From a virus (taxonomy: Duplodnaviria; Caudoviricetes), in the IMG/VR virus record IMGVR_UViG_3300021982_000006, positions 1 to 37,104 of that record: a stretch of 37,104 nucleotides of DNA. One strand, 5' to 3'. Position numbers and translations under genes: made by a program. Positions 9,717 through 18,315 of the stretch are shown piece by piece. Position 1 is the first letter of the stretch. Each line of letters opens with the position of its first letter. The notes under the pieces are model-generated. The model had not been told where the DNA came from, did no database searches, and saw only the letters and a program-made list of their open reading frames with translations.

Positions 9717-11195
9717 ATGCTTAACGAAGAACAACGAATATTAAGAAGAATTATAAATAAGTCTGCGAAAGAACCAGACTTTTCAAAATTTGTATCGAAT
9801 TTAGAGTTAGATATATTTTCTGGGGAACCTAGCTATGGAGAGGTTTTTTCTTCTCTAAAGGATTACTATAGAGAACATAATCAACCTGCTAGTAAAGACT
9901 TGCTAGAAACCTATCTTTCCCGAAAGCTCGATAGAAAAAAGGTAGATGAAAAAGAACGTGAACCTTTATACAATGCAGTTAATGATATATATACTGTAGA
10001 CGAATCTGATAGTAAAGTATACGATGAACTAATATCAAACTATATTGAGGAGAGGCGCACTAAAAATGCAATTTTAATCTTAGCTTCTAAAGAAGTAACC
10101 TCTAATGCTATTGATGATTTTGAAAAATCGTTTAAGAAAATAAAAAAAGATGCTATTAATTCAGGTATGCATGAACTAATTGACTTTAATGATTCTGCTA
10201 ATGACCATAAAGTTGCTAGTGAGATTGATGAAATCAAAAAGGGTGTTCTAGAAATACCTCTACTACCCTATCAGGAAGCAACTGGTGGTTTAGCTAAGGG
10301 AGAAATGGGAATTATAGCTGCTTCTTCTGGTCAAGGTAAGTCTCAAGCAATGGTATCTATGGCAGTAGAGTATTCATTAAGCGGTAAAAATGTATTATAT
10401 ATAGATTTAGAAGAATTAACTGGTCGTAAGTTCCTTAGATACTACAAAGCTATGATGGGTAAGTTTTCTAACCTATTTGGTATATCAGAAGATACTATAA
10501 TGAAGTATATTCCTATAAACGAAGCCTCAATGACGATTGAGTCAGGTAGGTTTTCTGCTATGAGAGATAAGTACACCGAAAAGACAGGTAAAAAAGTCGG
10601 CAATTTAGTATTTACAAAGTATTCCCCACATACCCTAACACTAACTGGGTTGAGGCAAGCTATAGAAAATGCTACTATGGTTGATGGATATGATATAGAT
10701 GTTATCTTTATTGACTACCCTGATTTGTTAAAGTATGATGTTGGTAGTAGTGAGTCTATGGCAGGTGGATTAGTATTTGAAGAGATGCGTGCTATTGGTC
10801 AAGATTATAATGCTATCATGTGGACTGCTTCTCAATTAAATAGGTCTAGTTCACAAAATGAGATTAAAACGGGGGATAGTTTAGAAGGGTCTTTCCGTAA
10901 AAAGAACGCTGCCGAATTTTTAGGAGTAATCAACGTAACTAAAGATGAGTATGAATCTGGATATGGAAGAATATTTGTTGACAAATCTCGTAACTTAGCT
11001 AATGCAAATTCATTAGTTAAATTTAAAGTAGACAAGCTAACAGGTTTAGTAAGAGGAGAAACTGAGAGGGAAATGCTTGACCATGAAGCATTGCTTAATG
11101 ATAGAGATTCAACAGCTTACGGTAAAAAAACTGCCGAAGATGATGGATTAAGTAGTTTTAAAGATAAGAAAACTAGTTTAGGGGATATGTTTTAA
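9717..11195 (+). CDS. dnaB: DnaB-like replicative helicase
   Basis: Walker A ASSGQGKS, YIDLEE, Walker B IFIDYPD, TASQLNR, DKSRN. Start moved from TTG 9669 to ATG 9717 (GAAAGG RBS, downstream of the promoter). Confidence 0.92.
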   Translation: MLNEEQRILRRIINKSAKEPDFSKFVSNLELDIFSGEPSYGEVFSSLKDYYREHNQPASKDLLETYLSRKLDRKKVDEKEREPLYNAVNDIYTVDESDSKVYDELISNYIEERRTKNAILILASKEVTSNAIDDFEKSFKKIKKDAINSGMHELIDFNDSANDHKVASEIDEIKKGVLEIPLLPYQEATGGLAKGEMGIIAASSGQGKSQAMVSMAVEYSLSGKNVLYIDLEELTGRKFLRYYKAMMGKFSNLFGISEDTIMKYIPINEASMTIESGRFSAMRDKYTEKTGKKVGNLVFTKYSPHTLTLTGLRQAIENATMVDGYDIDVIFIDYPDLLKYDVGSSESMAGGLVFEEMRAIGQDYNAIMWTASQLNRSSSQNEIKTGDSLEGSFRKKNAAEFLGVINVTKDEYESGYGRIFVDKSRNLANANSLVKFKVDKLTGLVRGETEREMLDHEALLNDRDSTAYGKKTAEDDGLSSFKDKKTSLGDMF

Positions 11196-12223
11196 TGAGC
11201 AAATATATTGTTTTTTCAGACTTACATCTCCACAATTGGGGTGACTTTGCTACTACCGACAATGACACAGGAAATAGTCGGTTAACCAATCAAATAAGTG
11301 CTTTAGAAGACATACTATCTGTGGCACGCTCTGAGAGGCGCATAGTGCTCTTCTTAGGTGACTTATTCCACCAACGTGGAAGAGTAGCTACTAATGTTTT
11401 TAACTCCGCTATGGACGTTTTTGATAGTTATAAAGACGTTGAGGTTATTGCTATTGAGGGTAACCATGACAATGTAACTAATTCTATTAATTCTATATCC
11501 TCTCTAGAACCTTTGGCACTTCTCCCAAAGTTTAACCTCGTTCAATCTCACAGTTATTTTGAGTGGAATGGAGATAGCATAATGGCTGTATCCTACGGGG
11601 ACGAGTATGAAGAGCTCAAAAATGAAATAAAAGGTCATAGAGCTACTTTATTGCTAGGTCACTTAGGGGTAGAGGGTTCTATGGGAGCAGGGAAGTCTAA
11701 ATTAGACGGAGCTTTTTCAGTAGGTGATTTATGTTCTGATAATTATGGTCTAGTTCTTTTGGGACATTACCATAAGAGACAGTTTCTTAATGACAACTCC
11801 CTTTATGTAGGAAACCCTATTTCTCAAGATTTTGGAGACGATGGTCAAGATAAGGGTTACTTTACATTTGAAACTAGTGATGGTAAAGTCGTAGAAGATA
11901 GTTTAAAATATACCCCTTTAAATTACCCTAGATTTATTAAAATAACTACAGATAACGTAGATGAGTATGAAGACCTAGATGAACTATCTAAGAATAACTA
12001 TGTGCGGTTAGTTGTTCCAGAAAAAGTATTAGAAGATAGGTCAATAGATACAACAGACTTATCCCCTAATATTAGGGTGGAAAAACAGATAGAAACGGTA
12101 TCTGAATCAAGATTAGACATAGATAGTTCTACAGATACTATCTCTATTGTGAAAACGTGGGCAAAAGAGTTTCAACCAGAAAATGAAGATGTAATAATTA
12201 AGCAGATACAGAAAGTACTATAG
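11195..12223 (+). CDS. sbcD: SbcD/Mre11-like recombination nuclease
   Basis: Metallophosphoesterase motifs SDLH, GDLFH, GNHD, GHL, LGHYH, YVGNP. Confidence 0.92.
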   Translation: MSKYIVFSDLHLHNWGDFATTDNDTGNSRLTNQISALEDILSVARSERRIVLFLGDLFHQRGRVATNVFNSAMDVFDSYKDVEVIAIEGNHDNVTNSINSISSLEPLALLPKFNLVQSHSYFEWNGDSIMAVSYGDEYEELKNEIKGHRATLLLGHLGVEGSMGAGKSKLDGAFSVGDLCSDNYGLVLLGHYHKRQFLNDNSLYVGNPISQDFGDDGQDKGYFTFETSDGKVVEDSLKYTPLNYPRFIKITTDNVDEYEDLDELSKNNYVRLVVPEKVLEDRSIDTTDLSPNIRVEKQIETVSESRLDIDSSTDTISIVKTWAKEFQPENEDVIIKQIQKVL

Positions 12224-12245
12224 GCTACCTAATGGTAGTCTTTTT
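12222..12245 (+). terminator. Rho-independent terminator
   Basis: AGGCTACC-TAAT-GGTAGTCT plus T-tract; nearly identical to the terminator at 5369. Confidence 0.75.
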
Positions 12246-12249
12246 GCTA

Positions 12250-12278
12250 TTGACTTTTTTATATTTATGGGGTATAAT
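12250..12278 (+). promoter_or_regulatory. sigmaA-type promoter
   Basis: TTGACT-17 bp-TATAAT. Confidence 0.8.
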
Positions 12279-12304
12279 ATTGTTAATATAAAAAGGGGGA
12301 TTGA

Positions 12305-14209
12305 ATGAAACTAAAACGTATAGAAATCAATAATTTTTTGTCAATAAAAGAGGCTAGTATAGATTTAGATAATCGAGGCATTGTACTAATAGACGGTGTA
12401 AATAATACTCCAGCAACGACTATAGATACAAATGGTACGGGTAAAAGCTCTATGTTATCCTCTATATTTTATGCTATTTATGGAGAATTACCTAATGGCG
12501 AAAAGGCAGATTCCCTTATCAATAGAAATTTTGGTAAGAATATGTCAGTTAAACTCTACTTTGAAGTCAACGAAACTTCTTATACTATTACGAGAACAAG
12601 GAAGAAAAATTCTCTTATATTTGAGTCTAACGGCATAGACATTACTAAGGGTACTATGAAAGAAACTCAACAAGATATTGATAGTATAATTAGCATAAGA
12701 AAAGATGTTTATTTATCTACAATATATTTTGATGGTCATAATAGCATACCCTTTTCTATGTTGACAGACAAACAAAGGAAAGACTACTTAGAAATACTAT
12801 TTGATGTAGGTGTATACAAAGAAGCTTATGATAAAACGAAAGAGGATATAAAAGAAAACAAATCAAAAATAGAAAGTTTTAATAGTAAAAAAGAAGCTAC
12901 GCAAAGACTTTTAGATAATGAAAAAGACGTAGTAAAACAAATTGAAGGTATTAAAAAAGAATACCAACAAAAAGTACCCTTATTAAAAAAAGAAGCCGAT
13001 GACCTTAGTAGTTATCTTAGTGAAAAAGAAGTTGTATATAAACGTAAAATAGAAGAACTTAGTGAATCAGAAATAAAAATTAAATCATCGCTAAATAGTA
13101 CAATGGATAATGTAGAATACAAAGAACTAAGAGAAGAAGTAGCTAGGCTAGAATCTGGGTACAATACATTATTTAATAACCAGACAAAGCATAAGTCGGT
13201 TATTGATGAAAAAGCTAAGCTTATAAAGGAATTATCATCAAGTGAAATTTGTTATGTCTGTGGCAATAAAATTGATGAAGCTCATAAACAAAAAGAAACA
13301 GAAAAGATAATGTCTGAATTAAAGCCTATTGTTACTGAATACAAGCTTAGAAAACCTGACCTAGATAAATTAGAAGATGCTATAAAGATAAAAAAAGAAG
13401 AACTATATTCTTTGCAAGAGTCTGTTGATAGAGAATCTGAAAACAAGTCAAGGCTGTATGAAGAATTAAGTAACATAACAAGTTTAATTAATAAGGAGAA
13501 GTCAGAATTTTCCAATTATCAATCTAAAGAAAAACAGGCAATAAAAAATTACGAGGACTATATAAAAGAATCTGGTAAATACGATGGTGTAATCGAGGAG
13601 CATGTACAAAAAGAGGCTAAGTTATCAGAAGAATTAAAAGATATAGAAAACCAAACGGAAACATTATTAGATTTAGACGTAAAGCTTAATAAGGCATTAT
13701 TTTCATTTTCTGATAAAGGTATCAAATCCCATGTCCTTGATTTAGTCACTCCAGAGCTTAATACTAGGGTAGCTAATTACTTAACTTTCTTAACAGGCGG
13801 GACTATAAGTGTTACGTTCTCTACTCAGACTGAAAAAGCTAGTGGAGAGCTTATAGATAAATTTGATATAAAAGTTATTAACAATGGGAGTGATACTAGT
13901 TATGAATCATTATCTTCTGGAGAAAAAAGGCGTGTTGATATTGCAATAAGTCTGACACTGCAAGATATATTGATGGCTAAATCAACAACTAACACTAATA
14001 TACTTGTTTATGATGAATTGTTTGAAAGTCTAGATGCAGTAGGTGCTGAAAGTGTAGTTGAATTACTAAAACAAAGGTTAGATACTGTAGGAACTATATT
14101 CGTAGTTACTCACAATGAAAACTTGAAACCACTATTTTCTGAAACAATAACAGCTATAAAAGAAAAGGACGGTAATACACATATTGAGAATGGAGAAATT
14201 AACAAATGA
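12305..14209 (+). CDS. sbcC: SbcC/Rad50-like ATPase
   Basis: Walker A NGTGKSS, long coiled coils, zinc hook CYVCG, signature LSSGEKRR, Walker B YDELFESLD, H-loop VTH. Confidence 0.93.
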   Translation: MKLKRIEINNFLSIKEASIDLDNRGIVLIDGVNNTPATTIDTNGTGKSSMLSSIFYAIYGELPNGEKADSLINRNFGKNMSVKLYFEVNETSYTITRTRKKNSLIFESNGIDITKGTMKETQQDIDSIISIRKDVYLSTIYFDGHNSIPFSMLTDKQRKDYLEILFDVGVYKEAYDKTKEDIKENKSKIESFNSKKEATQRLLDNEKDVVKQIEGIKKEYQQKVPLLKKEADDLSSYLSEKEVVYKRKIEELSESEIKIKSSLNSTMDNVEYKELREEVARLESGYNTLFNNQTKHKSVIDEKAKLIKELSSSEICYVCGNKIDEAHKQKETEKIMSELKPIVTEYKLRKPDLDKLEDAIKIKKEELYSLQESVDRESENKSRLYEELSNITSLINKEKSEFSNYQSKEKQAIKNYEDYIKESGKYDGVIEEHVQKEAKLSEELKDIENQTETLLDLDVKLNKALFSFSDKGIKSHVLDLVTPELNTRVANYLTFLTGGTISVTFSTQTEKASGELIDKFDIKVINNGSDTSYESLSSGEKRRVDIAISLTLQDILMAKSTTNTNILVYDELFESLDAVGAESVVELLKQRLDTVGTIFVVTHNENLKPLFSETITAIKEKDGNTHIENGEINK

Positions 14210-14736
14210 GACTAGAGAAAACTAACAATTCACAGAGGGTTGTTTTTAAAGATTTAATAAGGTATAATGATTACAAACCTTATTCGGAAAAAGTAGTGTT
14301 TGAAGATAAAGATGTATATGATGTTTATCCTAGTAGATTTAATTATTACTTTGCATATGATATTAATAAAAAAAGTATTGTTTTAGTACAAAGTTCAGTT
14401 AGAGATATAAAAGATATTATTTTAGATTCATTTTTTACTATTGGAGAAGATTTATCTACGTCTTTATCACAGATTAAAAATTATAATGAATATGTTATCA
14501 ATTACGTCAATTCTAATTTTGGTATTGACTTAAGAACAGATAAGGATTATGAGTTAGTTGACAGGCGTTTCAATATCATAGAGCAAATGAATACCTCATT
14601 AAGTGTTTATGAGCATTACAAAGATAACTATAATAATGCTAGTCACGAGTATATTGTTGAAAAAGAAAGGGAGCTTCAAATACTAGGTTCAGCTTATATG
14701 TTATTGAATGCTAGGATGGATGTTTTAGGGTACTAA
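14206..14736 (+). CDS. Hypothetical protein; positional candidate for a G1 gp67-like anti-sigma factor
   Basis: Located between SbcC and primase like gp67 of staphylococcal phages G1/K; only weak recalled similarity (DVYP...Y-Y; LGSAYMLL). Confidence 0.45.
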   Translation: MRLEKTNNSQRVVFKDLIRYNDYKPYSEKVVFEDKDVYDVYPSRFNYYFAYDINKKSIVLVQSSVRDIKDIILDSFFTIGEDLSTSLSQIKNYNEYVINYVNSNFGIDLRTDKDYELVDRRFNIIEQMNTSLSVYEHYKDNYNNASHEYIVEKERELQILGSAYMLLNARMDVLGY

Positions 14737-14737
14737 T

Positions 14738-15805
14738 ATGTTTTTAGATATGCTAGATGATTATACACAAGGGGGACGATTAGAGGCTCAAAAAGAGTTT
14801 AGGTATAATTGCCCTTTCTGCGGAGATGACAGGCATAAATTCTATGTTCAGGATAGTGAGCCTTACTTATGGCATTGCAAATACTGTGATAGAAGAGGAA
14901 ACCCTGTAAAGTTTGTTATGTTATTAAACTCCGTACCATTTAGCGAAGCTAAGGATATGTTAGCTACATATGATTATTATGTAGGAAACCAAGAACAAAC
15001 AAACCTACAAAATGAATTTGGTGACCAAGAGCTTACTGAGTCTGAAAAACTATTTTTACTAATGCATAAAGATAGTATAGATGTCGAAGAGAAAGAGGTT
15101 TTACAGCCAAACAAACTTCCTTATGGTTTTAGTTATCTTTGGGATGATAAGGAAGAGAAGAAGTCTTATCCCTATTTTAATTATTTACTTTCTAGAGGAA
15201 TAACATTAGAAGACATTAAAAGTTATAACATAGGGTATGTAGATAAGGGCGGTTATAACCATCCAGAAACAGGTAAATATATACCATTAATAACGTCTGT
15301 AGTATTTATAACCTATAACGATGATGGGAATCCTATATATTGGAATACACGTTCAATAAACCCTAATTCTATTCAGAAGTCTATAAATGCTCCTGCTATG
15401 GATGGAATGTACTCTAAACGAACGTCTATTTTTAATTTAGATAAAGCAAAAAAAACAGATAAAATTGTTATATATGAGGGTGTATTTAATGCTTTAATGT
15501 CAGGGGATAGTGGGATTGCTACATTTGGTAAGCAAGTTACAGATGAACAGATAGAGCTTATAAAAGAAGCATCAGCAGAAAAAGAATTGCCAATTTATTT
15601 ATTCTTAGATAACGATGCGAAACAAGAAACAAATATATTAGCAAATAAAATATACCAATTCACTCATAACGTGTATATTGTTATAAATCCTTATGGGGAT
15701 AATGATGCTAACGACTTAGGTAGAAATAAAGTACAAGAGCTTATAGACAAAGCTGTTAAGTTTGATAATTCAGGACGTGCACAGATACTATTTAATTTAT
15801 CCTAG
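14738..15805 (+). CDS. dnaG: DNA primase (DnaG type)
   Basis: Zinc finger CPFC...WHCKYC; TOPRIM motifs IYEGVFNA, FLDND, DAND. Confidence 0.93.
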   Translation: MFLDMLDDYTQGGRLEAQKEFRYNCPFCGDDRHKFYVQDSEPYLWHCKYCDRRGNPVKFVMLLNSVPFSEAKDMLATYDYYVGNQEQTNLQNEFGDQELTESEKLFLLMHKDSIDVEEKEVLQPNKLPYGFSYLWDDKEEKKSYPYFNYLLSRGITLEDIKSYNIGYVDKGGYNHPETGKYIPLITSVVFITYNDDGNPIYWNTRSINPNSIQKSINAPAMDGMYSKRTSIFNLDKAKKTDKIVIYEGVFNALMSGDSGIATFGKQVTDEQIELIKEASAEKELPIYLFLDNDAKQETNILANKIYQFTHNVYIVINPYGDNDANDLGRNKVQELIDKAVKFDNSGRAQILFNLS

Positions 15806-15838
15806 CACGTTTTTTGCTTGAAAAATAAGTAACACTAC

Positions 15839-15849
15839 TGTGGTATAAT
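15839..15849 (+). promoter_or_regulatory. Extended -10 promoter
   Basis: TGTGG-TATAAT; TTGAAA upstream at a non-canonical 20-bp spacing. Confidence 0.55.
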
Positions 15850-15877
15850 TAGTATATATCAACAGAGAGGTGTACTT

Positions 15878-16165
15878 ATGGAAAAACCAAACGAGATTAT
15901 GGACTATTTAACTAGAAAAATACAAGAGGCAGAAACAGATTCTGATTTTGATTTAATAGTTAATGATTTGTCTGATAAGCTCTCTTTAGATATAAAAAAT
16001 ACACAACTTATTGTTGACTGCTTACGGATAAGTGTTGAAAATGATTATGCTACTATAGATATATTTTATGGTATGATTAATAGAATACTTAGTACTCTAG
16101 TTAATAATAATGTGTTGGACAAAAATGATATAAATTATATAAAGGATATAGGAAACGATGACTGA
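15878..16165 (+). CDS. Hypothetical protein
   Basis: GAGG RBS; 95 aa, acidic and helical; syntenic small gene after primase. Confidence 0.7.
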   Translation: MEKPNEIMDYLTRKIQEAETDSDFDLIVNDLSDKLSLDIKNTQLIVDCLRISVENDYATIDIFYGMINRILSTLVNNNVLDKNDINYIKDIGNDD

Positions 16166-16664
16166 AAAAAATGTAGACTTGAAGATTAGCGAAGAAGATA
16201 AGAAAGATTTAGAATTTATCACTAGAGATGAATTTTATACTGTATTAGCTACTCAAGATGACCTTAAGAAAATTTTTGATTTACAGTCTGTAGAAGACCC
16301 ATCAGAGATTACTCAAGAAAAGATTGATGAAGCTAACGAAGGAATGCACAAGTTAGCTACTTTGAGTCAAATCTTTCAGATTGCAGGCATGTTAAACGAA
16401 ACAACAAAAGAATTTATGATGAAGAATATGCTAGGTCTTTCAGATACTATTGAAATTCAAAAGATTATTTTGAAGAAGTTAGGTGCTAATGAAGATGTAG
16501 CTAGAGAAGCTGTTGAAGAGTTTAATGCCCGAAAGAAAGCTCATCTTGAGGAATTAAAAAAGGCTCAAGAAGCTGCTAAGGAAGAAAGTGAAAAGAAAGA
16601 GCAACCTAAAATGAAGGCTGTTAATAGTCATAAAGGAAAGCCTTCTAAAAAGAACAAGAGGTAA
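16158..16664 (+). CDS. Hypothetical coiled-coil protein
   Basis: 168 aa with a charged C-terminus; overlaps the upstream ORF. Confidence 0.7.
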   Translation: MTEKNVDLKISEEDKKDLEFITRDEFYTVLATQDDLKKIFDLQSVEDPSEITQEKIDEANEGMHKLATLSQIFQIAGMLNETTKEFMMKNMLGLSDTIEIQKIILKKLGANEDVAREAVEEFNARKKAHLEELKKAQEAAKEESEKKEQPKMKAVNSHKGKPSKKNKR

Positions 16665-16670
16665 GAACTA

Positions 16671-17297
16671 GTGGGGAAGTCACAGAAGATAAAGGGCGCA
16701 TCCTACGAATTAAAGATGTCTAAATATTTCTCAAAATGGAGTGGAAGAGACTTTTACCGAACTCCTGGTTCTGGCTCGTGGAGTTCCCAGAGGATGGCAC
16801 AAGATAACCAAAGTGGTGATATTGTCGCTCCTAGTGATATTAAATTTCCATTCTCAGTAGAATTAAAACATCACGAGGGTTTTACCTTAGATAGCTTTGT
16901 TAGAAGTATCGGGGAAATACCCTCTTTCTATACACAAAATGTTGGTGATGCTGTACGTTCTGAAAAAGTACCTATGTTGATAGTTCATAAAAATTATGCT
17001 CCAAATTATGTGTCCGTTCCTTATAGTAAATCTATCGAACGAAATATGAAAGAAAACCATTTACCCTATATGATAACTACAGTATTGTTTAAGGATTACC
17101 TAACAGATACTGATATTTATATGGACGTACTTGTGATGGTTTTGGAAGACCTATTTAGTATATATACTTTAGAAGATTTTATAAAGAACCATAGAAGAAT
17201 GTTTACTTATTGGTATACAAAGGTTATGCCAGATGTAAGTAAACGAAGTACAGGAAGTAACGATTTAGATAAAATAATAGATAGTTTAGGTGATTAA
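16671..17297 (+). CDS. Holliday junction resolvase (PD-(D/E)XK, Hjc-like)
   Basis: KGASYE...RTPGSG...GDI...SVELKH motif set; GTG start with GAGG RBS. Confidence 0.85.
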   Translation: MGKSQKIKGASYELKMSKYFSKWSGRDFYRTPGSGSWSSQRMAQDNQSGDIVAPSDIKFPFSVELKHHEGFTLDSFVRSIGEIPSFYTQNVGDAVRSEKVPMLIVHKNYAPNYVSVPYSKSIERNMKENHLPYMITTVLFKDYLTDTDIYMDVLVMVLEDLFSIYTLEDFIKNHRRMFTYWYTKVMPDVSKRSTGSNDLDKIIDSLGD

Positions 17298-17975
17298 GTG
17301 GCAAGAAAAAAGAGACTTAATGTCCTAAATAGCCAAAAGATATTTAACTTAAATATCGTACCTCGTAAAAATGATTACGTAGACGTTTATCCTGATAACT
17401 ATAAAGATATTCTCCAATCACTTAAAGACGATAAGAATACACAAGACCCTATTTTGAAAGAAAGGAATGGTGTAGAGTACAGAGTTTTCTATGATGATTC
17501 ATATGACTATGAGTTTTACACCCTATTAGTTGAAGTATCAGAAAACTTTTTATTAGTATCTAACACCTCAATACCTGTTACCTTAATAGATTTATTATCT
17601 TCCTATCCAAGGTTTGCTCAAGTGATGTATCTATTTACCAAAGAATATACCCAGAATCAAATAGATAATATACTTCAAGCTTCTGCTGGAGTAAAGGTAT
17701 CTATATTATATAGTACTGATAGTAGCAATGGCTTTATTTTAAAGCGTAGTCTTTATCCTCTTAAGTATAGTGCTAATGAGTTAGTAATTCATTGGATAGG
17801 CGACAACTATGAGGAAGAGTATGAACTTTTCACTAGTATACGTAATGCTTTATCAGGTTGGGGTATTGTGATAACTATCGAGTATAAAAATGATGAAGAA
17901 AGGGAATATTTATTTAAACGAAAAAAGGAAGATGCTGAAATAAAGCAGTCATCCTATGTTTGGGGTAGAGAATGA
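17298..17975 (+). CDS. Conserved hypothetical protein
   Basis: 225 aa; occupies the slot just before the HU/IHF gene as in Twort-like phages. Confidence 0.65.
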   Translation: MARKKRLNVLNSQKIFNLNIVPRKNDYVDVYPDNYKDILQSLKDDKNTQDPILKERNGVEYRVFYDDSYDYEFYTLLVEVSENFLLVSNTSIPVTLIDLLSSYPRFAQVMYLFTKEYTQNQIDNILQASAGVKVSILYSTDSSNGFILKRSLYPLKYSANELVIHWIGDNYEEEYELFTSIRNALSGWGIVITIEYKNDEEREYLFKRKKEDAEIKQSSYVWGRE

Positions 17976-18256
17976 AGATAACAACTACAGACATCGTAAG
18001 AGAAATTCGACAGAAGTCAAATGGAACAATAAAGACATCAGACATTAACGATACTTTAAAGTATTTAGAAGACGTTATCTCAGAAGAAATTACTAAGGGT
18101 AATGACGTTAAATTAAGAAGTTTGTTTGTAATAAAAAGCCATGTTCAAGAGAATTTTAAAGGCTATGATGGACTAAATAAAAAATATTATGTGAAGCCAA
18201 GGCACATCCGTGTTTCCATAAAGACATTAAAAAAGCTTTCCAATTTAGGTGACTAA
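17972..18256 (+). CDS. HU/IHF-like DNA-binding protein
   Basis: 94 aa; ITTTDIVREI...I-EEITKGNDVKLRSLF...GYDGL...VKPR pattern of type II DNA-binding proteins; precedes the polymerase. Confidence 0.8.
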   Translation: MKITTTDIVREIRQKSNGTIKTSDINDTLKYLEDVISEEITKGNDVKLRSLFVIKSHVQENFKGYDGLNKKYYVKPRHIRVSIKTLKKLSNLGD

Positions 18257-18262
18257 GTAGGG

Positions 18263-18291
18263 TTGCTTTTTTATTTTTTATATGATATAAT
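18263..18291 (+). promoter_or_regulatory. sigmaA-type promoter for the DNA polymerase
   Basis: TTGCTT-17 bp-TATAAT with TG; the -35 lies in the 3' arm of a weak terminator-like hairpin (GGTGACT/GGTTGCT plus T-tract). Confidence 0.7.
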
Positions 18292-18315
18292 GAGTATGTC
18301 TTATAAGGAGGTAAT

